From Patescibacteria group bacterium (lineage in GTDB: Bacteria > Patescibacteriota > Patescibacteriia > JAHJFT01), in the NCBI GenBank assembly GCA_028710985.1, contig JAQTTB010000001.1, forward strand, positions 457,864-521,863: DNA of 64,000 nucleotides. The letters are read 5' to 3'. Both the position numbers and the translations under genes were made by a program. The notes below the pieces were generated by a model. That model saw only the letters and a list, made by a program, of their open reading frames with translations. It was not told the DNA's origin and did no database searches. This document shows positions 47,807 to 58,245 of the stretch, in pieces; position 1 is the first letter of the stretch; each line of letters opens with the position of its first letter.

Positions 47807-49276
47807 TTATCGATATAAATCCGGGTTCGCCAGGATTTCGTGCGCGTAAACCGGACAATTTTTTACCCAGCCGGATTTTAGATAGCCGATAAGAGATGAC
47901 TTGACCCTGACCGAACGGGCGGTATGATTATTCACCGTGATTGCCGGCGGGCCCCCGCCCATTTCGATGATCTCCTTGCCGGAAATTCCGGTATAATTTA
48001 TCGCATGTCCACAATTGCCATCCAGCCAGATAAAAGTTCCGGCGCTCAACGAAATTTTTTTATTTTCAAGGTCGTTCGCCATATCCTCGGCGCGAGAATA
48101 ATAATATTTTGCCTTTGACTGGTTAGTCTTATCGGGCAGGGGGTTAATATCAGCAATGCACTTATACAGAGTGCGGGTGAATGTTAAACAATCGCCGCAA
48201 TAAATGCTGCCCAGGCTTTGGGCCCAGCTGCGATAGGCGTCTATATCGCCGTTCCATTCTTCAAAGCCATTCTTCGCTAGTTTTTTATTATAATAATTGT
48301 CCGCCGCCGGTGCGGTGCAGGCGCCGGATTTCATGGTGCCGCCGCCGACATAGACAACTTTTTTTGGCAGCGCCGAGGACCAGGCATCAATAACTTTTTT
48401 TAAATTCGCGGCGTAATTTGCTGGATAGCTCTTGTCTTCCGGACATGCCTTCATCATATCGGCGTAAGAAACAAATCCGCCAGCCGCCGGAATTGCTGCA
48501 ATCGTTGCGTCATAGGACGACGAGTCATCTGCTCCGCCGAAGTATCCTTCGTCAAATGTTATCTCTTCGCGACCGATGATTGCGAGCCTCAGTGAATTAA
48601 AACTCACCAGATCTGGGTTTATTAGATTCAAAAGCGTGTATGAGCCGAGCGCAAGCACTAGCCCCATTGCCGCGCCGATAATAGATTTTTTGGCTTCGCT
48701 GATTTTTCCGGAATCGCCGGCCGCCGTCACCCAGCGGAATCCGCCGTACATGATCATTGTAATCGCAAGAATTGTCGCCACGCCGACCATATATCGATAT
48801 ACAGCGGCAATGTATTCGGCAAGCCAAGGGACGGAGACGAATTTTTGTCCGCCGACGTCGCTCACCATGAGTTTGCTAAATTGGATATTGAAGTCCGGAA
48901 TCTGCAGGGACGGTTCAATCGCCGAAAACGGAACGCCCTGGGTGATGCTTCCGCCAGTGCCGAACGCGCCGCTCGTTCCCGTTACTCCATAGCATTCGTC
49001 GCCCGGTTTTTCGTTCCAGTCAATATAACCGTCATCGCAATGCACCGCTTTCCAGGAAACGCTCGAAGTGGTGCGAGAAGCGCAGTAGATGTCGCATTGA
49101 GTTTTAGTCTCGACGTCTTCACCTGTCGTTTCGTCTTCTTCGGTATGATGTTCGCAGACATTGTTTGACCCAAGGCACCAGCAATGATCGCAGTCTACGG
49201 CTAAAACCGTCGACGGCATGAAAACAAAAATAAGCAGAAATAAAACTGCAGTTATTTTTTTATTCATGCGCATCAT
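47807..49276 (-). CDS. Secreted protein: Cys-rich N-domain + TrbC/VirB2-like pilin segment + papain-like (NlpC/P60-type) C-domain
   Basis: Signal peptide; YIAAVYRYMVGVATILAITMIMYGGFRWVTAAGD..ISEAK..I.GA..GLVLALGSY.LL..INP; C-terminal YVGGG..GDCLTF..GHAINY..IIE. Confidence 0.75.
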   Translation of the reverse strand: MMRMNKKITAVLFLLIFVFMPSTVLAVDCDHCWCLGSNNVCEHHTEEDETTGEDVETKTQCDIYCASRTTSSVSWKAVHCDDGYIDWNEKPGDECYGVTGTSGAFGTGGSITQGVPFSAIEPSLQIPDFNIQFSKLMVSDVGGQKFVSVPWLAEYIAAVYRYMVGVATILAITMIMYGGFRWVTAAGDSGKISEAKKSIIGAAMGLVLALGSYTLLNLINPDLVSFNSLRLAIIGREEITFDEGYFGGADDSSSYDATIAAIPAAGGFVSYADMMKACPEDKSYPANYAANLKKVIDAWSSALPKKVVYVGGGTMKSGACTAPAADNYYNKKLAKNGFEEWNGDIDAYRSWAQSLGSIYCGDCLTFTRTLYKCIADINPLPDKTNQSKAKYYYSRAEDMANDLENKKISLSAGTFIWLDGNCGHAINYTGISGKEIIEMGGGPPAITVNNHTARSVRVKSSLIGYLKSGWVKNCPVYAHEILANPDLYR

Positions 49277-50494
49277 TTATTTTAGTCTCATCTTATTCAG
49301 ACGGCTGGTTGCCTGGTCAACGTAGAACAGATATTTGCCGTCTGAAGAAAGTGTAATCTGTTTTATGGTTGAAGCGTCTTCCGGCTTGCCCACGGTTGTT
49401 TTGCGGCCCGAGGCAAGGTCGATTTTATAAATCGTATCCGGAATGCCGTTCGCGAGGTCGCGCTGGAGTCCAGCGCCTTCAGGAAGATAGTCCGGCACCG
49501 CGCAGTATGCCGTGGAATTGTCGGCGAAAGTGCATTTATCCGCCCAGGTATTGACTTTCAGGGATTTTCGGTTCGCGCCGATATTCTCTCCGGAAGCGTC
49601 AACGACCCAAAGCACGGGATTATAATTGCTGTCCATATTGTACGCGTTGTACACCATTCGTTCGCCGGTTGGAGACCATTCATAGTCAAACCCCCAGCCT
49701 TCAATCACGAGCCCTGGAAAATTTTCATTATTTTTTCCGACCAGGAGCACCTGCTGGCGGTTGATGCCCATGGCTTCGCCAGTTCGCGAGGTAGCGATGA
49801 TTTGGTTATTTGGCGACCACTTTACCTGTACCTTGTCGCCGTTATTGCCGAGCGGTTCAATGGCTTCGGCGTCGGAGCCGTCCTTATTTGCCACGATGAG
49901 CCAGCGATTTTCCTCATCCAGGCCCATGCTTTTCGCCACGATTTTGTCTCCCTGCGGAGAAAAATCAAAATCCTCCCAGTGCTTGGGCAGGGTGATCTGT
50001 TTCTTGCTCTGAAGATCGTAAAGAATATTTGAGCCGTCCGGATATTCCAGAATCGCGCTCGCGCTGTCGCCGGACCAGTTCACTTTTTCCACATTATAAA
50101 AAGTCTGGGAGGAAAGCGACTGTACCGTGCCGTCGGGGAGCACTTTATTAAGCCGTCCGTTCGTCGGATCGTAGAAATTCATTCCCTGTCCGTCGCCGGA
50201 GAGCGCGGCGCTGGAGACGCTGACTGTTGGTGTGAGATTCTCAACCTGCGTGATTCCGCCGGAAGCAATTGGGGAGGCGGTTGGCAAAACCGGCGTCACT
50301 CCTTCAGTAACTTCGGTAGTCGGAGTTCCGAGGCCGGCTTCAGGAAGCTCGCTGGTCGGCGTCACTTCTTCTACGGTGGTAATTTCCAGAGTTTCGGCTG
50401 GCTTAAAGAAAAAATAATAAACTCCATATCCGGCCGCCGCGGCCGCGGCGATGAAAAGAATTATTATCAATATTTTTTTTAAATCAAATCGCAT
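49277..50494 (-). CDS. Membrane-anchored beta-propeller (TolB/WD40-like) protein
   Basis: N-terminal TM; repeated WSGD/FSPQG/WSPNN/WSPTG/LSSDG blades. Confidence 0.8.
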   Translation of the reverse strand: MRFDLKKILIIILFIAAAAAAGYGVYYFFFKPAETLEITTVEEVTPTSELPEAGLGTPTTEVTEGVTPVLPTASPIASGGITQVENLTPTVSVSSAALSGDGQGMNFYDPTNGRLNKVLPDGTVQSLSSQTFYNVEKVNWSGDSASAILEYPDGSNILYDLQSKKQITLPKHWEDFDFSPQGDKIVAKSMGLDEENRWLIVANKDGSDAEAIEPLGNNGDKVQVKWSPNNQIIATSRTGEAMGINRQQVLLVGKNNENFPGLVIEGWGFDYEWSPTGERMVYNAYNMDSNYNPVLWVVDASGENIGANRKSLKVNTWADKCTFADNSTAYCAVPDYLPEGAGLQRDLANGIPDTIYKIDLASGRKTTVGKPEDASTIKQITLSSDGKYLFYVDQATSRLNKMRLK

Positions 50495-50529
50495 AATTTC
50501 TAAAAATAATTTTTTATTCCGGCGCTCCG

Positions 50530-51585
50530 TTAGCCGCCGAAGGCGCTTTTGATCGGATCAACGATGTCCGGACCCAAAAGCTTTACCAGGTCGCTGATCA
50601 TTGCGACCGCGTCGCCCGGAGCGGCGATTGCGAAAATAATAAATCCGATTATCGTGAGCGGCAGGCCCCATTGGATAAACCAGTTTATAAACAAATTGCC
50701 GATCACCGCGAAAAGAATCAGCACTTCGGGAAACGAAAGAGGAGTGACCTGATAGCCAAAAAATTTTGTTTTCTTGTTTGAAACGATGCCGCTCGGATCG
50801 CCGTTGCCGATAATATTCCCGAGAATATAATCTTTGATATATGAAAGCAGGGTATAAAAAATTCCGATAATCGCCCCGGCGGCACCGCCGCGCAGCAAGT
50901 CTTTAAATTTTTTGGCGGTATCCAGAGCGCGCTTGGCCTGCGCCATCGCGACATCCGCTTTTTCCGGAGTGACGGCCTTGGCAAGCGCTGATTGCATGCG
51001 TCCGGCGGCAAATTTCTGAACCCTTCCCATTACATCGCCGCCCGCGCCGCCGCCACCAATTTTGCCAAGCTCTCCGCCCAGCCCGCCGATTGCTTTTTCG
51101 GTTTGCTGGAGCGTGCTGCCAAGAGAGGAGAGCTGCCCGCCGCCCTTTTTGGCCACTCGTCCGCCGGCCGCGGCTGCTTTGCCTCCGGCCTGCGCCGCGA
51201 TTCCGGCGCCTTCGGCCGCGGCTCCGCCGCCGACCATAAGTCCGCCGGCCGCCATCATGGGCACGCCCGCTAATGCGCCGAGCCCGGTTGAGCTGGCAGC
51301 GGCGCCGGCCCTCGCGATTCCCATGCCCGTGGTGCGCGCCGCTTCTCCGCCGGCTTGCAATGCCTTGCCGCCGGCCTGGGCCGCCTGGCCGCCAACCTCG
51401 GCCGCGGTTCCAGCCGCTTGGATGCCTTTTCCGGCAACTTTTGCTCCGCCAGCCGCGACTTTGGCGACTCGTTCGGCTTTTTGAATTTTTTCCGCCGGGC
51501 TTTCCTGCCTCATTCTTGCCCGGCTGCGCGCCGCGGCAAACTGCATTGCCATTTCCTCTTGTTCCGGCGTTAATTCCTCCGCCAT
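50530..51585 (-). CDS. Gly/Ala-rich (glycine-zipper) membrane protein
   Basis: Long GxxxG/AxxxA run and C-terminal TM helices; co-oriented between clpC and the propeller gene. Confidence 0.7.
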   Translation of the reverse strand: MAEELTPEQEEMAMQFAAARSRARMRQESPAEKIQKAERVAKVAAGGAKVAGKGIQAAGTAAEVGGQAAQAGGKALQAGGEAARTTGMGIARAGAAASSTGLGALAGVPMMAAGGLMVGGGAAAEGAGIAAQAGGKAAAAGGRVAKKGGGQLSSLGSTLQQTEKAIGGLGGELGKIGGGGAGGDVMGRVQKFAAGRMQSALAKAVTPEKADVAMAQAKRALDTAKKFKDLLRGGAAGAIIGIFYTLLSYIKDYILGNIIGNGDPSGIVSNKKTKFFGYQVTPLSFPEVLILFAVIGNLFINWFIQWGLPLTIIGFIIFAIAAPGDAVAMISDLVKLLGPDIVDPIKSAFGG

Positions 51586-51594
51586 ATTATTGGA

Positions 51595-54162
51595 TTAATC
51601 GCTTATGCTTGCGGAAAAACTGAACTTTCCCCGCGATAAGCTGACTTTAACCGTATCTCCTTTGTTTATTTTACCATTTAAAACCATTTCGGACAAAGGA
51701 TTTTCCACCAAGTTTAGCAGAGTTTTCCGGACGGCGCGCGCGCCCTGCCTACCGGCAGGCAGGCCGTCGCCGGCGTCAATGCAGCGGTCCGCGAGCGCCG
51801 GCACGATATTGAAGTTAAATTTAATACGCACGCCGCGGCTTTCCGCGCCAACGGCGATTTGATTAAGTTCTTTCTTTATGATGCTTTCAAGCGCCGTTCG
51901 ATCCAGGGAATTAAAGTAAATAATTGCGTCGAGCCGGTTTAGCAGTTCGGGCCGGATGCAGTCCTTGAGCCGGGCGTCCAAATCCTTTTTCAGATCGTCG
52001 AATTTCATCATTTCCCCATCTGGCCCGCTAAAGCCGATGCGGCCGGTTCCGGCGTCATAGCCAGCGTTTGAAGTAAGGATGATGACAGTATTTTTGAAAT
52101 TGATTTTCCGGCCGCTCGCATCGGTAATTTCGCCTCGGTCAAGAATCTGGAGCAGGAGAGCCTGCACATCGGCGTGGGCTTTATCAAATTCGTCAAAAAG
52201 AACCACGGCATAGGGTTTTTTCCTGACCTCGTCGGTGAATTTATTCCTTTCCTTGTATCCGATATAGCCGGCCGGCGAGCCCAGGAGCTTGGATGCCGAA
52301 TAGGATTCTTTGTATTCTGACATATTAATAAGCACGAGCGCGTCTTCGCGCGGATATATTTTTGCCGCGAGCGTGCGCGCGAGCTCGGTCTTGCCCACGC
52401 CGGTCGGTCCGACAAATAGAAAAGAGGCGAGTGGCCGCGTCGGATCCGAAAATCCGGCCTTGGCGCGGGAAAGCGCGGCGACAAGCTCGTCAATCGCCCG
52501 GTCCTGGCCGATGATGGTCTGGCTAAGCGCGTTTTTTAATTCAAAAAACTTCTGATCGCCGCTCGTGAGTTCCTGAGCCGGAATGCCAAGCTGCCGGGAT
52601 ATTACTTCCATAATGTGGCGGTCGGTGAGCTTGCCGTAGGATAGATTATTGCCTTCAGCCTCCTGCCGCGCGGTAATTACCGCGCGTTCAAGTTCTTTTT
52701 CTTTTGTCTTGAGGTCAATCGCTTCGGAATAGCGCTCGTCCAAAACCGCCCGCTGTTTAAGTTCGCGGACTTTATTAAATTCGTTTTCCAGCGCGCGGAT
52801 GCGGACAAGCCGCGGGTCAGCCGGCTGGGAAATTTTTATTCCGGACGCCGCTTCGTCAACGAGATCAATCGCTTTATCCGGCAAAAATTTATCGGAGAGA
52901 TAGCGCGTTGAAAGTTCAACTGCCGCGCGGATTGCTTGGTTGCTGATTTTAATTCGGTGAAATTTTTCATAATTCGGTCGGATTCCTTCAAGGATGTGCA
53001 CGGTCTCTTCCTTGCTCGGTTCGCGCACCACGATAGTTTGAAAACGTCGTTCAAGCGCCGGGTCGGATTCAATATGTTTTTTATATTCATCCAGTGTGGT
53101 CGCGCCGATGCACCGCAGTTCGCCGCGCGCGAGGGCCGGTTTCAGAATATTGGCCGCGTCAAGCGAGCCGGCGGTTGAGCCCGCGCCGATGATATTGTGC
53201 ACCTCGTCAATAAAAACAATCAGATTCTTATCGTTGCGGATTTCCTCAATAATCTGTTTGAGTCGCGATTCAAATTCGCCGCGGTACATGGTGCCGGCGA
53301 CGATGAGCGAAAGATCCAGGGCCAGAATTTTTTTGTCGGCAAGTTCGTCCGGCACTTCACCGAGCGTGATTCGTTTCGCGAGTCCCTCAACAATCGCGGT
53401 CTTGCCCACGCCCGGCTCGCCGATCAAAAGAGGATTATTCTTGTGTCTCCGGCAGAGAATCTGCATCAGCCGGACAATCTCATCCTGGCGTCCGATTAGG
53501 GGATCGATTTTTTTCTGCATTTCCGGAGATGTGAGATCAATGGAAAAAAAATCAAGCGCCGGAGTTTTTGATTTATCGGTTTGCCGGTAGGCAGAGTGCG
53601 CGTCCAGTCCGAGTTCTTCATCCACGACTTCCGCGTCAATCGGTTCGGCGGGCAATGCGCCGATGCCCGGCGCTTCGCCGCGGTCCGCAATTTCGGTAAA
53701 GCGGGACGCCATTTTCAGAATATTCTCAATCTGGTTTTTCAGTTTCGCAAGATCGACATGCTGCGCTTTGAGTTCGCGGATTATTGCCGCATCCCGGATC
53801 TCCATGAGACCGAAAAGAAGATGCTCGGTGCCCACGTACTTGTGCGAGAAAAGATTTGCCGCCAGCACCGCTTTTTCAATCGCTCGTTTTGCGTCCGGCG
53901 AAAGAGTCGGCGTGGGATTTTTTATTTTGGTTGCCGTGTCGCCCGGATTTTCGGAAGAAATATTTTTCCGTTGTCCGGCCGAGGGCCTGAAGTTCGTTTT
54001 GTTGATGATTTCATGAGCGATTGATCCGCGCTGTCCGGCAAGCGCGTTCATGAGCCCGAGCGGTTCAATATTTTTTTGATAATTCAAAATCGCGGCCTCC
54101 ATCGCTCGCGCGAGAACCTGTTTCAAATTTGTAGAAAATTTATCCAAGATGTCAATTTCCAT
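51595..54162 (-). CDS. clpC: ATP-dependent Clp protease ATP-binding subunit (ClpC type)
   Basis: Clp-N repeats, GEPGVGKT, FIDEVH, UVR-like coil, GPTGVGKT, MSEY, DEFDKAH. Confidence 0.93.
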   Translation of the reverse strand: MEIDILDKFSTNLKQVLARAMEAAILNYQKNIEPLGLMNALAGQRGSIAHEIINKTNFRPSAGQRKNISSENPGDTATKIKNPTPTLSPDAKRAIEKAVLAANLFSHKYVGTEHLLFGLMEIRDAAIIRELKAQHVDLAKLKNQIENILKMASRFTEIADRGEAPGIGALPAEPIDAEVVDEELGLDAHSAYRQTDKSKTPALDFFSIDLTSPEMQKKIDPLIGRQDEIVRLMQILCRRHKNNPLLIGEPGVGKTAIVEGLAKRITLGEVPDELADKKILALDLSLIVAGTMYRGEFESRLKQIIEEIRNDKNLIVFIDEVHNIIGAGSTAGSLDAANILKPALARGELRCIGATTLDEYKKHIESDPALERRFQTIVVREPSKEETVHILEGIRPNYEKFHRIKISNQAIRAAVELSTRYLSDKFLPDKAIDLVDEAASGIKISQPADPRLVRIRALENEFNKVRELKQRAVLDERYSEAIDLKTKEKELERAVITARQEAEGNNLSYGKLTDRHIMEVISRQLGIPAQELTSGDQKFFELKNALSQTIIGQDRAIDELVAALSRAKAGFSDPTRPLASFLFVGPTGVGKTELARTLAAKIYPREDALVLINMSEYKESYSASKLLGSPAGYIGYKERNKFTDEVRKKPYAVVLFDEFDKAHADVQALLLQILDRGEITDASGRKINFKNTVIILTSNAGYDAGTGRIGFSGPDGEMMKFDDLKKDLDARLKDCIRPELLNRLDAIIYFNSLDRTALESIIKKELNQIAVGAESRGVRIKFNFNIVPALADRCIDAGDGLPAGRQGARAVRKTLLNLVENPLSEMVLNGKINKGDTVKVSLSRGKFSFSASISD
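51744..51763. repeat. Palindromic mini-element copy 4, in frame in clpC
   Basis: CCTGCCTACCGGCAGGCAGG; protein reads DG-LPAGRQ-GARAVR at the sensor-2 GAR motif. Confidence 0.85.
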
Positions 54163-54225
54163 ATTCGGCTGGAGATATAATAAGGGTAGAAGAATTCTCC
54201 TACCCTTATTGTTGGTTTTGAAATG

Positions 54226-54777
54226 TTAAAATTTCACTTCCGGAGTTTCACGCTCCATGGCTTCAATCTCAAAGAATTGGTAATTCTTGAAGCCCAGCAT
54301 CCCAGCAATCATGTTAGTCGGAAATACTTGGATCTTGGTGTTGAAGTCGCGGACATTGCCGTTATAAAAGCGGCGCGATGCCTGCACTTTGTTTTCCGTG
54401 TCCGTGAGGTCTTCCTGCAGTTTGGTAAAATTTTCCGAAGCGCGGAGCTGGGGATAGTTTTCCGCCACGGCGAACAATGTTTTCAAGGTCGCGGAGAGCG
54501 CATTTTCCGCCTTGGCCGCCTCTTCCGGGGTCTTGGCGCCCATTGCCGCGCTGCGAGCAGCTGTTACATTTTCAAAAAGCTGTTTTTCATGGCCCGCGTA
54601 GCCCTTTACGGTTTCCACCAGGTTGGGGATAAGGTCGTGCCGGCGTTTGAGCTGGACATCGATGTCCGACCAGGCTTCATCTGTGCGATTTTTGAGCGTA
54701 ATCAGGCCATTATAGGTGCCGATGAACCACAGGGCGACGACCGCAAGTACGCCAAGCAGAATGTAGACTATAATCAT
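54226..54777 (-). CDS. lemA: LemA family protein
   Basis: YNGLI..KNRTDEAWSDIDVQLKRRHDLIPNLVETVKGYA, ENYPQLRA. Confidence 0.97.
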   Translation of the reverse strand: MIIVYILLGVLAVVALWFIGTYNGLITLKNRTDEAWSDIDVQLKRRHDLIPNLVETVKGYAGHEKQLFENVTAARSAAMGAKTPEEAAKAENALSATLKTLFAVAENYPQLRASENFTKLQEDLTDTENKVQASRRFYNGNVRDFNTKIQVFPTNMIAGMLGFKNYQFFEIEAMERETPEVKF

Positions 54778-54896
54778 AATTTTGCTTATTTTAGCGAATA
54801 TTTTTAAGATATATTCGCCGGTTTGTATTATTTATTAATAAATTATACAATTAGATTGTAGATAAAATTTGCTAATTTGTAAAGGAATTTTTTTGT

Positions 54897-56249
54897 ATGG
54901 GCAAGATAAATGAAGGAATTTTCAAGGCTTATGACATCCGCGGCGTTTTTGGGCAGGATTTTGACACTGAAACCGCAAAACGCGTTGGCCGGGCAATGGT
55001 TAAATTCACCGGCGCCAAAACCGTGGTTGTCGGCCGGGATATGCGCAAGTCCAGCCCGGAACTTTGTCGGGCGGTGATTGACGGCATTATCTCATCCGGC
55101 GCGGATGTGGTTAATATCGGCGAATGCTCAACCCCGACTTTTAATTTTGCCCTGGCCGAATATGATCTCCACGATGCCGGCATCATGATCACCGCTTCCC
55201 ACAATCCGGCGAAATATAACGGATTCAAGCTTTGTTACGGCGATTCTCTGCCCATCGGCAAGGGTTCGGGCATGGATGAAATTAAAGAACTTGTCATGCG
55301 CGGCGGGTTTGAGGACCAGCCGGCCGGAAATGTCGTTGAATCGCCGATTACCGAGGAATATATTAAAAAGATATTTTCGTTCGTCAATGTTGATAAAATC
55401 AAACCTTTGAAAATCGTGATTGACGCGGGCAACGGCATGGCTGGGCCGATTCTTAAAAAAATTTTTAAACGCCTGCCGCAGGTTGAAGTGACGCCAATGT
55501 TTTTTGAACCGGACGGAACATTTCCCAATCATGAAGCAAATCCGATCAAAGAGGAAAATCTTCGCGACCTCAAAGAGAAGGTGAAAGAAATCGCACCCGA
55601 TCTCGGCATTGCCTTTGACGGCGATTGCGACCGCGTCGGATTCGTGGACGAACGCGGTGAAACCATATCCGGTGATTTTATCACCGCGCTTCTCGCCAAA
55701 GAAATTCTAAAAAAATATCCGGGCGCCATTATACATTATGATCTCCGTTCAAGCTGGGCCGTCCGGGATACGATTTTGGAAAACGGCGGCAAGCCGGAGA
55801 TGTGCATGGTCGGCCACGCGTTAATCAAAAAACTCATGCGCCAGACCGGCGCGGTTTTCGCGGGCGAGCTCTCCAGCCATTTTTATTTTAAAGATTTTTA
55901 CGGCGTGGAATCCGGCGATCTTACGATGCTCTATATTCTGACTTTGCTTTCAGGAGAGGGTAAAAATATATCCGAACTCGTTGCGCCGCTTAAAAAATAT
56001 TTTCATTCCGGAGAAATAAATTTTGAAGTGGATGACAAAGAGGGCAGGATGCGCGAACTGGAAGAAAAATATTCGTCCGAGGCCAAAGATGTTTCTCACA
56101 TTGACGGCATCCGTCTTGAATTTGAAGACTGGTGGTTCAATGTCCGCGCTTCCAACACCGAGCCCCTTCTGCGCCTCAATCTTGAGGCCAAGACAAAAGA
56201 GCTTATGGAAGAGAAGCGGGATGAGATAAGCAAAATTCTGAATTCTTAA
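54897..56249 (+). CDS. Phosphomannomutase/phosphoglucomutase
   Basis: FKAYDIRG, ITASHNP, FDGDCDR, GELSSH, RASNTEP. Confidence 0.96.
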   Translation: MGKINEGIFKAYDIRGVFGQDFDTETAKRVGRAMVKFTGAKTVVVGRDMRKSSPELCRAVIDGIISSGADVVNIGECSTPTFNFALAEYDLHDAGIMITASHNPAKYNGFKLCYGDSLPIGKGSGMDEIKELVMRGGFEDQPAGNVVESPITEEYIKKIFSFVNVDKIKPLKIVIDAGNGMAGPILKKIFKRLPQVEVTPMFFEPDGTFPNHEANPIKEENLRDLKEKVKEIAPDLGIAFDGDCDRVGFVDERGETISGDFITALLAKEILKKYPGAIIHYDLRSSWAVRDTILENGGKPEMCMVGHALIKKLMRQTGAVFAGELSSHFYFKDFYGVESGDLTMLYILTLLSGEGKNISELVAPLKKYFHSGEINFEVDDKEGRMRELEEKYSSEAKDVSHIDGIRLEFEDWWFNVRASNTEPLLRLNLEAKTKELMEEKRDEISKILNS

Positions 56250-56309
56250 TTCAGGAAAGGCGAATAATTTAGACATTTTAAGGATATTATTGTAGGATAC
56301 ATTTATATT

Positions 56310-58169
56310 ATGGAAGGAAAATTTGGTGAACAATTTTTGCATCAAAGAGAACCCCAGCTCCACACCTCCAGGTTCGTGGAGCATGAAAAGAAACGAAAAA
56401 AGCTCAAGGGTGAAAAAGTATCTCAAAAACCGGCGGAAAAAATCGCCGATTGGTTTAAGGTTATTGAAAAAACCCACATGGGCCACCGCGATGACCCAAG
56501 GGTCTTGGAGCGCATCAAGCGTCAGTATCATAAAGAATACGTGATAAAACCCGATGACATTCCCGAAAGCTATTATGAAAACCAAAGGCGGCTTGCCCGC
56601 GAACAGGGCCACGGCGACATTGAAATAACCCATGAAATGAAAGACCAGCTCTCCGAAGTAATCGTCGCGGACCAGGAATCAACCCTGGACAACTGGGTGG
56701 ATTATCTTTCTTCCGAAGACTCGGACAGCTTTCCAACCTGGGCAAAATACTGGGCTTTTCGCGGCATGGTCAAGCTCTCAACCTATGACAAGGAAAAGCA
56801 CACTTTTGCCAAAAGAAAAAAAGACACGGTCGCGCCGTTCCCCGACTTAAACCGCGAAGCATTAGCTTATGTGGTTGACGCAATCGTTAAAAATGTAAAT
56901 CAGGAGCATGTCCCGGCCGAAGCCGAAAACCCGGAATTTCAAAAACTTTTACAAGGCGCGAACTTTGGCAGGCTCTATGCCTGGGCAATTGAAAAAGTCA
57001 CCCCGGCCGAAGAAAGAGAGCTTTTAACCACCGCCGGCCAGTGGATTAAATACGACCGAGGCTCTGACCACATGCCTCTTGTTGAATCTCTTCAGGGCCA
57101 TGGTACCGGCTGGTGCACGGCCGTTGAAGAAACTGCCAAATCCCAAATAGCGGGTGGCGACTTTCACGTATATTATTCATTTGACAAAGACGGAAAGCCC
57201 ACTGTCCCAAGAATCGCCATGCGCATGGCAGGCAATAGTATTGCCGAAGTGCGCGGCATTGCGCATGAACAAAACCTTGACCCCAATATCGCCGAAACCA
57301 AGATTTTGGACGATAAACTCAAAGAATTTTCTGACGGAGAAAACTACAAAAAAAAGGTGACGGATATGAAGCGCTTGACCGAAATTGAAAAGCGTTGGAA
57401 AAAGGCGCAGGATCTCACCAGGGATGATTTGCGCTTTTTGTATGAGATGGATTCCAGAATTGAAGGATTTGGCTACGATGATGACCCCAGGGTTGTAGAG
57501 CTTAGAAGCCAAAGAAACCCGGAAGCCGACATGCCCGTTGTTTTTGACTGCGCGCCCGGCGAAATCGCGCGCCATATTAAAGAAATAAATGAAAACACCA
57601 AGGTTTTTGTCGGCAAGCTTGAGCCTGGCATATTTGATCAAACGCAAAAATACGGCATTGAGCACCTTTATACCGAATTCCCCGAAAAAAAAATCAGAAA
57701 ATATGAAATCAAAATCGGCGCAAAAACCCGGGAAGAGCTTGAGCAAGAACTAAAAGAAAAAAACATCTATGTCAGCGATTGGGCAAAATCATTATTAGAG
57801 AGCAAAGACTTTCAAGCATCAAAAAACATTGAAAAAGAAAAATTAGCCAGATTAACGGTCAAAGACCTTGGCTTTCCCCGAGGCGCGACCACGGATGAAA
57901 TCTACAAACGCGGCCAAGAGCTCGGCTTAGAGCTTTGCCCGGCAGAAACCGCCCCGCATCTTAGACTGCAGTATTCGGGCAAAGAATGGCTTATGATTGC
58001 CATGAAACAAATTTTTAACCGCGACGGCGGCCTCTTCTTGGCATTCCGCCTGTCCTGGGACGGCGACCAGCTGAAGCTTCGTGGCAATCGTGCTGAGCCT
58101 TCTGACAGGTGGTTTTCGAGGCACGAGTTTGTTTTCCGCCTCCGCAAGTTTGAAACTGGGAAACATTGA
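56310..58169 (+). CDS. Large hypothetical protein with GWCT motif and lectin-like C-terminus
   Basis: HGTGWCTA..EVRGI central domain; C-terminal LGLELCPAE..PHLRLQY...W..FVFRLRK. Confidence 0.75.
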   Translation: MEGKFGEQFLHQREPQLHTSRFVEHEKKRKKLKGEKVSQKPAEKIADWFKVIEKTHMGHRDDPRVLERIKRQYHKEYVIKPDDIPESYYENQRRLAREQGHGDIEITHEMKDQLSEVIVADQESTLDNWVDYLSSEDSDSFPTWAKYWAFRGMVKLSTYDKEKHTFAKRKKDTVAPFPDLNREALAYVVDAIVKNVNQEHVPAEAENPEFQKLLQGANFGRLYAWAIEKVTPAEERELLTTAGQWIKYDRGSDHMPLVESLQGHGTGWCTAVEETAKSQIAGGDFHVYYSFDKDGKPTVPRIAMRMAGNSIAEVRGIAHEQNLDPNIAETKILDDKLKEFSDGENYKKKVTDMKRLTEIEKRWKKAQDLTRDDLRFLYEMDSRIEGFGYDDDPRVVELRSQRNPEADMPVVFDCAPGEIARHIKEINENTKVFVGKLEPGIFDQTQKYGIEHLYTEFPEKKIRKYEIKIGAKTREELEQELKEKNIYVSDWAKSLLESKDFQASKNIEKEKLARLTVKDLGFPRGATTDEIYKRGQELGLELCPAETAPHLRLQYSGKEWLMIAMKQIFNRDGGLFLAFRLSWDGDQLKLRGNRAEPSDRWFSRHEFVFRLRKFETGKH

Positions 58170-58245
58170 AGCTTTGTTCGCTTTTGAATCCTTATTTGTT
58201 TAAATTTTTCCTACAACCTAATTCCTACAAGCTACCACCTCGTCT

